Shown: positions 9,237 to 23,072, numbered from the stretch's first letter. The stretch is DNA of 26,609 nt from an archaeon (GCA_021798095.1 JAJZYL010000001.1:1-26609); one strand, 5' to 3'. Made by a program: numbers and translations. Notes: generated by a model from the letters alone, not told the origin.

Positions 9237-9323
9237 TCAAGCCACCTGACAGGGGGTAGGAGGAACTCGATTTAACCTTTACGAATTCCTATACAGGAAT
9301 CCGGCATTAAGTGGAGATGCCCT

Positions 9324-9358
9324 GTTAACTACCCACGGCTAAGGCGTACGGACTCCCC
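9324..9358 (-). mobile_element. Degenerate IS200/IS605 right-end relic
   Basis: Minus strand GGAGTCCGTACGCCTTAGCCGTGGGTAGTTAAC; shares TTAGCCGTGGG with the 1590-1726 element and ends in a TAGTT(C/A)AC-type terminus. Confidence 0.55.
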
Positions 9359-9425
9359 TACGGATCACTTTCTGATTCATAAAAAACACTGATCGGAAAG
9401 CACCATTCAACATATAAAAAAGGAA

Positions 9426-9501
9426 TGGGCCGGCCAGGATTCGAACCTGGGACTTTCGCCGTGTAAGGGCGACGTCCTAAACCGGGCTAGACGACCGACC
9501 C
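9426..9501 (-). tRNA. tRNA-Val(TAC), intronless, directly downstream of 23S
   Basis: Cloverleaf GGGTCGG/CCGGCCC, TCGCC-CTTACAC-GGCGA, CCAGG-TTCGAAT-CCTGG. Confidence 0.97.
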
Positions 9502-9512
9502 ATGGACGATCA

Positions 9513-12636
<3,124 letters not shown>

Positions 12637-12719
12637 CGATCATCGTAGGATCTACCTACTTCGCCCTTAGCCCACGGACACCTATCCAGTGAGCCGCACC
12701 ATTTCGTATCGTTAACCTA

Positions 12720-14311
<1,592 letters not shown>

Positions 14312-14443
14312 CATCAGATCCAACATTCATGTCGGATCCTCATTAATGTGCACGCACTTGGAGATCATCGCCTCATAGTAGGGAATACCCGAGCTTAGCG
14401 ATGATGCCGCCACGCTATGCGCAGAACAAGTAAGAATTGGTGG

Positions 14444-14460
14444 TATATATATGCCTTTCT
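14444..14460 (-). promoter_or_regulatory. rRNA operon promoter (BRE-like AGAAAGG + TATATATA)
   Basis: Purine-rich element followed by an AT-only box about 140 nt upstream of the 16S processing stem. Confidence 0.6.
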
Positions 14461-14821
14461 AACTTCTATTTCATGCGGCCTATCAAAATGCCATTGATTG
14501 GAGCCGTCTGTTTTATTATCATATTAATACATCCCCAGTGCCATGTTCGAAAGGTTCTTCCTGTACTTAACCCGGTGTCAATCTTCATAGGTCACCACTA
14601 GAGCGGCTTTCTGCGCTATTTTATTTGCTACATGGTCACAGAGCGTATTTCAGATAAAACCGATATATCACCGTAAGGATAGATAAACGGTTACATTCAT
14701 CGTACGATTGAAAATGTTGACCTCCGGTTAACCATTATTAAAAAGGTGAAATCAAACGTTCGTACGGAGCAGATGTGTCAACGGACAGGTCCGCCCGTAA
14801 TTAAATCTCATCAACGATTTA

Positions 14822-15445
14822 TCATGGGGGGGAGGTGTTCACCATGGGTTGTTTCTTAATTCTCAGTGCATCCTCCTGTTTGAACCTTTCCTCATTCCAT
14901 ACGTTACCTTTCTGGTGGTATCCCCTTTCCTCCCAGTATCCATCATGATAGACGTCCATCACTGTGATTCCACTTAACCACTTGGCGCTCTTCCAACCAT
15001 AAAGGTCCTTAAAAAATGGCCGGAGCGGGAACCCCTGTTCGTAAGTCAATGCCCTACCATTGACCTTCAAGGCAAGTATCGCGTTGTCTTCGTCCGGACC
15101 TCCATTGTTATCATGAACATCGTTGATGTTTACTGTAGTCGTATAACCGTCAAGGCATCTGAACAGCAGGTTATTTCCATGCGGCTTAACCAAACTCATG
15201 ATGGTGCTAAGGCGTATTCCACTCCATTTTATTCCCTTTACAGTCCATCCGGTCACACAGTGAAAATCAGATTCAAATTCTGTATCTATCATTTTCAAGA
15301 GATCGCCGTATGACTTGCTGATGTTTACTTCTACATCCCCATTGACGGTAAATGTGTAGGAATTTACATCTATGCTTGGAGAAGCCAGCGCAGAATAATA
15401 TATGAAGTCCTTGATCACATGTTGCCCGGGCGGGTTACCTCCCAT
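14822..15445 (-). CDS. Molybdopterin-dependent oxidoreductase, sulfite-oxidase/YuiH-like
   Basis: PPGQ, DFHCVTGW (Mo-ligating Cys), DGYTT, EQGFPLR, YGWKSAKW, GYWEERGYH. Confidence 0.9.
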   Translation of the reverse strand: MGGNPPGQHVIKDFIYYSALASPSIDVNSYTFTVNGDVEVNISKSYGDLLKMIDTEFESDFHCVTGWTVKGIKWSGIRLSTIMSLVKPHGNNLLFRCLDGYTTTVNINDVHDNNGGPDEDNAILALKVNGRALTYEQGFPLRPFFKDLYGWKSAKWLSGITVMDVYHDGYWEERGYHQKGNVWNEERFKQEDALRIKKQPMVNTSPP

Positions 15446-15481
15446 GAAGGTAGGGCATAATACTTAAATATAAATCTGACC

Positions 15482-15769
15482 GTGAAACCATTCTTGAATA
15501 GAAAGTTAGTACGCGCGTACGTGGATGGCCTGATAACACAGGTTATTAATGACCCGAATGGCCCCTTAGCGGAGTCGCAGGCCAAAACGGCAAGGCGGAT
15601 GCTAATGAAAGCAAGGATCAAACAACCGAAGGAAATAAGGATGCTATTCTGTAAGAGATGCAAATCGTACGCTCCTCCCCTGTCCGGTAAAACGGTGAGG
15701 ATAAATCGGGGCCATCTGGCTTATACATGTAAGATATGCGGCGGAGTGTCCAGAATCTATTATAAATAG
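15482..15769 (+). CDS. rnp4: RNase P protein component 4 (Rpp21)
   Basis: 95 aa basic protein with FCKRC...TCKICG zinc ribbon and VRI motif; GTG start. Confidence 0.88.
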   Translation: MKPFLNRKLVRAYVDGLITQVINDPNGPLAESQAKTARRMLMKARIKQPKEIRMLFCKRCKSYAPPLSGKTVRINRGHLAYTCKICGGVSRIYYK

Positions 15770-15794
15770 TAGATAGCCTAATGCCAGACCGTCG

Positions 15795-16418
15795 ATGAGT
15801 ATGACCGAACTGGGCGCTGAAAAAATACTGCCGGTGGCATTCTATGAGCGTGACCCGTCACGTGTGGCAAATTCGTTGCTTGGAAAGAAACTGGTAAGGA
15901 TCGTAAATGGCCACAGGGTCATTGGGAGAATAACGGAAACAGAGGCCTATGGTGGCACTGAAGACCTCGCAAGCCACGCTCATTCCGGTAATAAGGGTAG
16001 GGCGAGCATTATGTATCAGCGGCCAGGTTTAGCGTATATATATTTCATCTATGGGATGTATTACTGCCTGAACGCGGTGGCCCACTCAAAGGACCAGGAA
16101 GCAGGTGCCGTGCTAATAAGGAGCATGGAATTACTTGATGGAATCCAAGGTATAGACGAACAAATGGGCAGAGATAGAAGATACTCTATAGCCAGGGGGC
16201 CCGGCAACCTGTCGAAAGCTCTTTACATAGATAAACGGTTAAACGGTGCCGACTTGACCGTGGCTGGCGAAATATTCATTATTGAAGGGGAATTGAAGGA
16301 GAATGAGGTGGTATCGACGTCGTCCAGGGTGGGTATAAAAAAGGAGATCAGCAGGAAATGGCGCTTCTATTTAGCCGGCAATAAATCCGTCAGTGGCCTC
16401 GCCTCCGTTAGAGCTTAG
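15795..16418 (+). CDS. mpg: DNA-3-methyladenine glycosylase (MPG/AAG family)
   Basis: LLGKKLV, GRITETEAY, ASHA, YIYFIYGMYYCLN, AVLIR, GPGNLSKAL, RVGI...WRFY. Confidence 0.93.
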   Translation: MSMTELGAEKILPVAFYERDPSRVANSLLGKKLVRIVNGHRVIGRITETEAYGGTEDLASHAHSGNKGRASIMYQRPGLAYIYFIYGMYYCLNAVAHSKDQEAGAVLIRSMELLDGIQGIDEQMGRDRRYSIARGPGNLSKALYIDKRLNGADLTVAGEIFIIEGELKENEVVSTSSRVGIKKEISRKWRFYLAGNKSVSGLASVRA

Positions 16419-16421
16419 CGA

Positions 16422-17186
16422 TCAACCATTTGAGGTTGGCGGTTCATTCACCCAGTTGTACCCAAATTCCTCTAAACGTTGTGCTATTTCAAATCCTCCA
16501 GATAGAGCTATCTTGCCATCGACCAGGACGTGCACATAATCAGGTTTCAAATAGTTGAGAATTCTCATATAATGGGTGACAAGTAAGAGCCCGGGTTTGA
16601 ATAAGCCCTCCAGCGCGTTCACGGCCTCGGCCACCCCCTTTATCGAGTCTATATCTAGACCAGAATCCAACTCGTCCAGTATTGCCAGTTTAGGCTCTAA
16701 AAAGGCCATCTGAAGGACTTCAGCCTTTTTCTTTTCGCCTCCAGAAAACCCTTCATTAAGGTAACGATGAATCATAGATTGATCCATTTTCAGAAGCTTT
16801 AGCCTTTCCTGCACGAGTTTATTAAATGAGTATATGGAAATGCTGCTGGTCTGTTTGTCTCCTTCTGTCTTTGCATTGTAGATAGATCTTAAAAATGAGA
16901 AATAGGGGACACCGCTTATTTCTAAAGGGTACTGGAAAGCCAGAAATATCCCTGCCCTAGCCCTCTGGGTCGGGTCTAACGCCGTAATTTCCTTGCCGTC
17001 TAACAGGATCTGCCCCTCGGTCACCTTATACTTTGGATGTCCAGTAATAGCGTAGCTCAAAGTGCTTTTACCGGAACCGTTGGGCCCCATAAGCGCATGA
17101 ATCTCCCCCCTGTTTATCTTCATATTGACCCCTTTCAGTATTTCCTTTCCCTCAACCTCCACATGCAGGTCCCTGATCTCTAACAT
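16422..17186 (-). CDS. sufC: Fe-S cluster assembly ATPase SufC (SmsC)
   Basis: MLEIRDLHV start at 17186 (track ORF over-extended), MGPNGSGKSTL, FLAFQYP, NEGFSGGEKKK, LDELDSGLDID, VTHY. Confidence 0.93.
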   Translation of the reverse strand: MLEIRDLHVEVEGKEILKGVNMKINRGEIHALMGPNGSGKSTLSYAITGHPKYKVTEGQILLDGKEITALDPTQRARAGIFLAFQYPLEISGVPYFSFLRSIYNAKTEGDKQTSSISIYSFNKLVQERLKLLKMDQSMIHRYLNEGFSGGEKKKAEVLQMAFLEPKLAILDELDSGLDIDSIKGVAEAVNALEGLFKPGLLLVTHYMRILNYLKPDYVHVLVDGKIALSGGFEIAQRLEEFGYNWVNEPPTSNG

Positions 17187-17296
17187 GTAGGGAAAGGAAA
17201 GCCCATTAATTTTAAATCTTTCTACTAAATCCATATACCAGCAGACATCGCCTGCACATCATCTGGCGCTTAACCGGTAAATTTGGAGGGTCGTCA

Positions 17297-19495
17297 TCAG
17301 GTGATGAGGGATGGCTGGCTTGCAACTACTATCCTGGCGTCTATAACCCTCCCGCCGTTCCCTGCCGCAAGCACCTTGAACGGGTTGATATCCAACTCGG
17401 TTATTTCCGGATGATCTGTAGCCAGCTGGGATAATCGTAATATCGTTTCGATCAGGACATCTACATCGCCCTTAACACCGCCCCTGAACCCGTTTAACAA
17501 TTTAATGACCTTGGTTTCATTTATCATTCTGGAGGCCCCAAGTTCCCTTATTGGAGTTAGCCTGAATGATACGTCCTTATAGAGTTCAACCGCAGTTCCA
17601 CCAGAGCCGAACATTATAAATGAACCCAATGGATCCTTCTTGATTCCCAGGATGGTTTCATATCCCTCCCTTACCATCTCTGATACGGAGATCCCTTCAA
17701 TGCGCGCATTTGGGGCCTTTGATGACGCGCTCTTGATTATATCGTTATACGCTTCTCTCAGGGCAAACTCATCCTTGATATCTACCTTGACGCCACCCAC
17801 GTCCGATTTATGAACTATGTCTGGCGATATGATCTTCAACACTACCGGGTATCTTATTCCATACGCGAGCTTTACAGCTTCATCTTCCGTCTTCGCCACG
17901 CCATATTTTACTATGGAGAACCCGTAAGCCGCTAGGATTTTGAACGATTCTACGTCCGTCAGATAGTGTCTTTCCTTGGCAAGGGCTTCCTTGATGATCT
18001 GTGTTACTAGTTCCGAATTCACGTCGTTAAAGCGCTTTATTTGGGTTTTTGGCCTTTCCATCCATACTCGATATTTATACATCAGGGAAAGGGCCCTTAC
18101 TGCTGACTCCGGAAATGTGTAAATTGGCAGGCCGGCGTTTTCCAGTAGTTTAACGCTAGGATCGTTGTGGGATATGCCGCAAAACGCTACGAGAACCGGT
18201 TTGTCGTTTTCCTTGTAGGCATCGATTATCGAACGCGCGATCGCGTTAAGGTCTGTCATTTCCTGCCTAGTGGCTACGACCAGCAGCGCATCTATTTCCT
18301 GGCTCTTCAACAGCAGCTGCATGACGCTATAATATCTTTTGTAATCGGCATCTCCAAGCACGTCTATCGGATTATTCATGTTGGACTGTGGAGGAAGAAT
18401 TGCCCTTAATGCCGTCTTAATATGATCTGGCATCTGGGGGATAGATAGGCCGTACTTGATGCTGGTATCGGTCGCTATTATGCCCGGCCCGCCAGCGTTG
18501 GTCACTATAGCTAACCTGTTTCCTGCAGGCATCTTCAGTTTAGAAAATGCTGAGGCATAATCAAATAGCTCTTCTGTAAAGTCCACCTTTATGACCCCGG
18601 CCTGTGAAAAGATCGCATTATAGACTTCCACGGATCCGGCTAGCGAACCTGTATGTGATGATGCGGCTTTTGCACCTTCGGCTGTCACGCCGGCCTTTAG
18701 CGCGAGGATGGGTTTACCACAATAGGTGGTCAATTGGTTAGCCAACTCGATGAAATCGCGCCCGTTACTAAGCTGCTCGATATATATTGTTATCACCTTC
18801 GTATCCTCATCGTTACACATGGACCTTAGCACGTCATTTTCATTTATTACAGCCTTATTTCCAAGGCTAACCATTTTGGATATGCCTATCCCCCTATCAG
18901 CCGCATAGTCCAGAAGCGCAACGGCAAGGGCGCCGCTCTGTGATATGACCGCTATGTTACCCTGACTTGGAGAACTGCTATAGAAGGTGGCGTTCATTCT
19001 TACGTCTTCGCTGGTGTTTATGAACCCCAGACAATTGGGCCCCAGCACTGGCATGTTGTATTTCGCGGCAATTTCCTTGAGCTTATCCTCCAACTGTGCG
19101 CCCTCCTGGCCAGCCTCCTTAAAGCCGGAGGATATTACTACAACGCCTTTAACGCCCTTTTTCCCAGCCTCCTCTAAAACCGTTGCTACCAATGTGTTTT
19201 TTAAGCATATTACCGCTAAATCTAGATCATCATCTACATCGAGCACAGATTTGTACGCCCTTATGCCCAGCACCGACTTCTCAGAAGGATTTATTGGATA
19301 GATTATACCTTTGTATCCAAACCTGATCAGGTTATTCAACACTGCATAGCCCACGCTATCAGTTCGAGGGCTGGCCCCTATGACTGCAATGGTTTTAGCC
19401 TTAAATATGGGATTTAGTCGATCGGATGCATTAATCACCCCATCATCAGCTACACGCCGATCGGCGTTGGTAGGTTTACCGTTGGAGTTGATCAA
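17297..19495 (-). CDS. ADP-forming acetate/acyl-CoA ligase, alpha-beta fusion
   Basis: CoA-binding IAVIGAS, LGPNCLG, SQSGAL, phospho-His SSHTGSLAG, TNAGGPG, NPIDVLGDA, C-terminal ATP-grasp HKSDVGGV...ELDINP...DARI. Confidence 0.93.
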   Translation of the reverse strand: MINSNGKPTNADRRVADDGVINASDRLNPIFKAKTIAVIGASPRTDSVGYAVLNNLIRFGYKGIIYPINPSEKSVLGIRAYKSVLDVDDDLDLAVICLKNTLVATVLEEAGKKGVKGVVVISSGFKEAGQEGAQLEDKLKEIAAKYNMPVLGPNCLGFINTSEDVRMNATFYSSSPSQGNIAVISQSGALAVALLDYAADRGIGISKMVSLGNKAVINENDVLRSMCNDEDTKVITIYIEQLSNGRDFIELANQLTTYCGKPILALKAGVTAEGAKAASSHTGSLAGSVEVYNAIFSQAGVIKVDFTEELFDYASAFSKLKMPAGNRLAIVTNAGGPGIIATDTSIKYGLSIPQMPDHIKTALRAILPPQSNMNNPIDVLGDADYKRYYSVMQLLLKSQEIDALLVVATRQEMTDLNAIARSIIDAYKENDKPVLVAFCGISHNDPSVKLLENAGLPIYTFPESAVRALSLMYKYRVWMERPKTQIKRFNDVNSELVTQIIKEALAKERHYLTDVESFKILAAYGFSIVKYGVAKTEDEAVKLAYGIRYPVVLKIISPDIVHKSDVGGVKVDIKDEFALREAYNDIIKSASSKAPNARIEGISVSEMVREGYETILGIKKDPLGSFIMFGSGGTAVELYKDVSFRLTPIRELGASRMINETKVIKLLNGFRGGVKGDVDVLIETILRLSQLATDHPEITELDINPFKVLAAGNGGRVIDARIVVASQPSLIT

Positions 19496-19607
19496 ATTGT
19501 GATCACATCTTGGTCAAAGTGCTCCCCTTTTTAGCCATATCGGTATCCAATGAAGGATCGGATGTCATCAAAATATATTTATAACGCTCACAAATTTACC
19601 AAACATA

Positions 19608-20369
19608 ATGAGCGCGATCTACCTGCTTTCCTACACAAGAAACATTGAGCGTATGTGCGCGGTTGCCATGAGGAGTTGCTACTCCAGCAAGAGCGCTGAC
19701 GAACTTTACATTGATCCAAGCTTTACCGAAGAAGATATTAAAAGAATGTTGGCAAAATCGAACGAGCTGGGACACTTGGACGTGCTAGAACACGGATCAC
19801 TAACCTTTTCCATCACTCAAGTAAGCAGAGCCTTCACACATCAAATGGTCAGGTACAGGTTGGCTAGTTTTTCACAACAGAGCCAGAGACATATTCGAGT
19901 CAAGGCGGACAGGCCGTGGTATGTTAAACCACCTTCCCTTACTAACCAGAAATATGATGAATTGATGAACCAGATCGTCAAAGTATACGATGAACTCCTG
20001 CTTGATGCATCTATAAAAAAGGAGGACGCAAGGTTTGTACTGCCAAATGCAACAATGACCAATTTAACAATGTCAGCAAATCCACGTGAATTAAAACACA
20101 TATTCGCCCAGAGATGCGATCCTGCGGCACAATGGGAAATACGCAGGGTGGTCTGGGGGGTGTTTGCATTAAGCTATTTAATCGCTCCAAATATCTTCGC
20201 TTCTCTGGATAGGCCAGCCGGTGGCATAGCTGAGGTTCAAGATAAGTTAAAATCCACAAAGGAGTTGGTAGACTTGCAGAGGCCCACATTCAATGCGATG
20301 GAATATGGGAGGTTGTTTTCGCTCAACATCGAAGATCCAGAGCTCACACTATATGCATTAAAGAATTGA
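19608..20369 (+). CDS. thyX: FAD-dependent thymidylate synthase ThyX (variant signature)
   Basis: GHLDVLEH, SRAFTHQMVRYRLASFSQQSQR, EDARFVLPNAT, NPRELKHIF..RC...AQWEIR. Confidence 0.9.
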   Translation: MSAIYLLSYTRNIERMCAVAMRSCYSSKSADELYIDPSFTEEDIKRMLAKSNELGHLDVLEHGSLTFSITQVSRAFTHQMVRYRLASFSQQSQRHIRVKADRPWYVKPPSLTNQKYDELMNQIVKVYDELLLDASIKKEDARFVLPNATMTNLTMSANPRELKHIFAQRCDPAAQWEIRRVVWGVFALSYLIAPNIFASLDRPAGGIAEVQDKLKSTKELVDLQRPTFNAMEYGRLFSLNIEDPELTLYALKN

Positions 20370-20416
20370 ACGAAGGCGCTCAGCTTATAAAGCTCGCAAC
20401 AAGCGCCATATATGGC

Positions 20417-20489
20417 AGCCCGGTGGTGTAGAGGCCAAGCATCTCAGCCCCTGGAGCTGGGGACGGCGGTTCGAATCCGCCCCGGGCTA
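20417..20489 (+). tRNA. tRNA-Gln(CTG) with C at position 33
   Basis: AGCCCGG/CCGGGCT acceptor (A1-U72 typical of archaeal Gln), TCAGC-CCCTGGA-GCTGG anticodon arm, GGCGG-TTCGAAT-CCGCC; TTATAAA box at 20385-20391. Confidence 0.93.
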
Positions 20490-20615
20490 TCCTAACAACA
20501 GCTCCCATTATAATATGTACAAAACCCCCTAGTGGGTAATGCTCTTACGAACTGGAGCGCACAGGCTAGGCCCGACCTATAATTTTATATTTAAGTATAA
20601 TTTTAAAGCTACAGA

Positions 20616-20894
20616 TTGAGCCAGAAAACAAGGGAAAACCCAATATACCTAAAGGCTTACCCACTTAAGGAGTACCAGGATATTCAGAGGATTAAGGACG
20701 ATCTTGAAGCTGGGTGCATTGTAATAGTAAGGTTCACCCCACTTGTAAAAAAAAGCGTTGAAGAGCTGGCGAAAAGTGTAGATGAGATATATAAATATTC
20801 AACCACTATAGGCGGCGACATTGCACGCCTTGGAGAGGACAGGATAATAATAACGCCGCCTGGCGTCAAAATATATCGCGAGAATTCCATTTAG
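20616..20894 (+). CDS. sepF: Archaeal SepF-like protein (DUF552), core domain only
   Basis: G.IVIV...L...EL...V.EI......GGDIARLGEDRIIITPPGVKI; TTG start. Confidence 0.8.
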   Translation: MSQKTRENPIYLKAYPLKEYQDIQRIKDDLEAGCIVIVRFTPLVKKSVEELAKSVDEIYKYSTTIGGDIARLGEDRIIITPPGVKIYRENSI

Positions 20895-21014
20895 TGATAT
20901 TAACGCTGTACGCTCTTCCATGGCGCGGCTATGATCATTTATCCGTTAATTACGTGCCGCTATACGAAGTGTGGCTATCAGTGCACATTTAACCGGTCCC
21001 CAGCAAAGCTGCGA

Positions 21015-21035
21015 TTCCCTTAAATAGTAAGGGAA
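21015..21035. promoter_or_regulatory. Perfect 8-bp inverted repeat overlapping a TATA-like box
   Basis: TTCCCTTA-AATAG-TAAGGGAA; TTAAATAG lies inside it, upstream of the ORF at 21049. Confidence 0.5.
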
Positions 21036-21048
21036 AAATGCACATGAG

Positions 21049-21342
21049 ATGGAGCCAATTAACAACGACAGCGCTTATAACGGCCTGAAATTTCTTATAA
21101 TGGAGTACCGTGAAACCATCAAGACGTCGTTTTTCGAAATTAGATCTTCCAGCGAAGTTGGGGATGTAATGGTGGAAAACCTGATCAATAGATGTACGAA
21201 TACAATAGCTGAAATAGACAACAGGTCAGTTAACACAGAACTGGACGGCATTGCACAGGCCGTTCAATCCATATTGGCTCAAATGCAGGTCCTTATGTCA
21301 ACCGTTGGTCAAGAAAAGGTAGAAGTAGAGTATATTACTTGA
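21049..21342 (+). CDS. Hypothetical protein (acidic, predicted helical)
   Basis: 97-aa ORF with upstream TATA-like box; 8-nt convergent overlap with tuf; no recognisable family. Confidence 0.5.
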   Translation: MEPINNDSAYNGLKFLIMEYRETIKTSFFEIRSSSEVGDVMVENLINRCTNTIAEIDNRSVNTELDGIAQAVQSILAQMQVLMSTVGQEKVEVEYIT

Positions 21343-22648
21343 TCACAATGTCCTGCTTTTCTGATACTTCTTTAACTATGCCGGCTGCTACCGTCCTGCC
21401 GGAATCTCTAAGTGCGAACCTGCCAAGTTCTGGAAAATCCTTGTAAGTTTCTATGGCCGTAGGAACTAATGGCCTTATCTTTACTAGTGCCGCATCTCCG
21501 GTCTTGATACTCTTTGGTTTCTCCTCGGTCACCTGTCCACTTCTGGGGTCAAGCTTCGCTAATAATTCTGTAATGGTAGCAGCAACCTGTGCTGTATGAG
21601 CATGTAATACCGGGGTATACCCGGCGGCGATCGCGCTCGGATGATATACTACTATTATCTGTGCTACAAATTCCTTAGCTACGGTAGGCACGTTGTCAGG
21701 CTTGCCAACCACCATCCCTCTTCTAATGTCCTGCTTAGCGATGCCGCGTATGTTGAATCCTATATTATCGCCTGGCTCAGCCTTTTCTACTGGCGTGTGA
21801 TGTGTTTCTATTGTCTTGACCTCACCTTTAAGGCCTGCCGGCATTATTACCACAGTGTCCCCATCCTTAAGTACCCCGGTTTCTATTCTTCCCACGGGAA
21901 CTGTACCTACACCGGTGATAGAATAGACATCCTGAATTGGAATACGAAGCGGTTTATCTGTTGGCTTCGGCGGTACCTGAAGATTGTCAAGAGCATCCAG
22001 CACCGTAGGGCCCTTATACCATGGCATCTTGGTAGAACGATCTACCAAATTATCACCATTCCATCCAGAAACGGGTATAATCGGTATTGTATCCACCTTG
22101 TAGCCCACAAGCTTTAGTAATGCTGTTATCTGTTCCTTCACCTTGTTAAACTCTTTTTCATCGTACGGTGGTTGAGTGGCGTCCATCTTGTTGATCAGGA
22201 CAACGAGTTGGTTCACACCTAGTGTTTTTAAAAGAAACGCGTGCTCCCTCGCTTGGCCACCCTCGGTCAATCCCGCCTCCGCCTCACCCTGTTTTGCCGA
22301 TACAACTAGCACGGCCGCATCAGCTTCGCTTGCGCCGGTTATCATGTTCTTTACGAAGTCCCTGTGGCCTGGCGCGTCTATAAGCGTGAAGAAGTATTTC
22401 TTTGTTTCAAATTTCTGGAACGCGAGATCTATGGTTACGCCCCTTTCCCTTTCTTCCTTCAGTTCATCCAGTACCCATGCAAATTTAAAGGTATCACCGG
22501 TTCCAGTCTTTTCCGATTCTTTAGCATATTCGTCTATGAGCCTTTGGTCAACTACGCCTAACGAAAGTAAGAAATGCCCCATCGTAGTAGACTTCCCGTT
22601 ATCTACATGACCGGTTATAACAAGGTTTAAATGTGGTTTGTCTGCCAA
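21335..22648 (-). CDS. tuf: Translation elongation factor EF-1 alpha
   Basis: [38 protein letters not shown]; likely TTG start at 22648 (MADKPHLN) after a GGGTG SD. Confidence 0.98.
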   Translation of the reverse strand: MADKPHLNLVITGHVDNGKSTTMGHFLLSLGVVDQRLIDEYAKESEKTGTGDTFKFAWVLDELKEERERGVTIDLAFQKFETKKYFFTLIDAPGHRDFVKNMITGASEADAAVLVVSAKQGEAEAGLTEGGQAREHAFLLKTLGVNQLVVLINKMDATQPPYDEKEFNKVKEQITALLKLVGYKVDTIPIIPVSGWNGDNLVDRSTKMPWYKGPTVLDALDNLQVPPKPTDKPLRIPIQDVYSITGVGTVPVGRIETGVLKDGDTVVIMPAGLKGEVKTIETHHTPVEKAEPGDNIGFNIRGIAKQDIRRGMVVGKPDNVPTVAKEFVAQIIVVYHPSAIAAGYTPVLHAHTAQVAATITELLAKLDPRSGQVTEEKPKSIKTGDAALVKIRPLVPTAIETYKDFPELGRFALRDSGRTVAAGIVKEVSEKQDIVIK

Positions 22649-22742
22649 ATATAACACCCTTCTGTCCTAGAAGGAAGCGGAGATGGTTATTTAACGATTA
22701 CGGTATGCTAGGCTGAGGATTTTGCAACAAGCTACTGCGGGC

Positions 22743-23072
22743 TCAGATGTTGTGATCTTCAACATTTGCTGTCTTGGGCCCATGTTTTCCGACAGCTACC
22801 GTCGATAGTTTCATTATATCGCCGACAAGCTGTCTTACTTCTTCTTCATTCTGAACGTGTGGCACCCTTGATCGTCCCACGTCATAAATTTCAATCAAGC
22901 CAGCGTCTTCTAGTCGTTCGATATGCCTATAAACCTGGGCATAATCCATACCTAAATTCTTGGCTAAGCCCCTTATGTGGAGTGGCCTCTCCGTATTGAG
23001 CAATATCTCAATTATATGAAATCTGGTGGGATGTGAAATCGCTGTAAGCAATTGGTTTATAGGCTCGGTCAT
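22743..23072 (-). CDS. Winged-HTH transcriptional regulator (ArsR/HTH_20-like)
   Basis: AISHPTRFHIIEIL...IRGLAKNLGMDYAQVYRHIERLEDAGLIE; small inverted repeat ATAAC-N6-GTTAT (23071-23086) at its start. Confidence 0.8.
   Translation of the reverse strand: MTEPINQLLTAISHPTRFHIIEILLNTERPLHIRGLAKNLGMDYAQVYRHIERLEDAGLIEIYDVGRSRVPHVQNEEEVRQLVGDIMKLSTVAVGKHGPKTANVEDHNI

Noticed and set aside
14470-14820. 40-aa minus-strand ORF and a GGAGCAGATGTGTCAA right-end-like motif
   Set aside because: No homology cues for the ORF; no hairpin upstream of the motif
20529-20575. H/ACA-like hairpin (CCTAG/CTAGG) after tRNA-Gln
   Set aside because: No ACA at the correct distance, no K-turn, no target found
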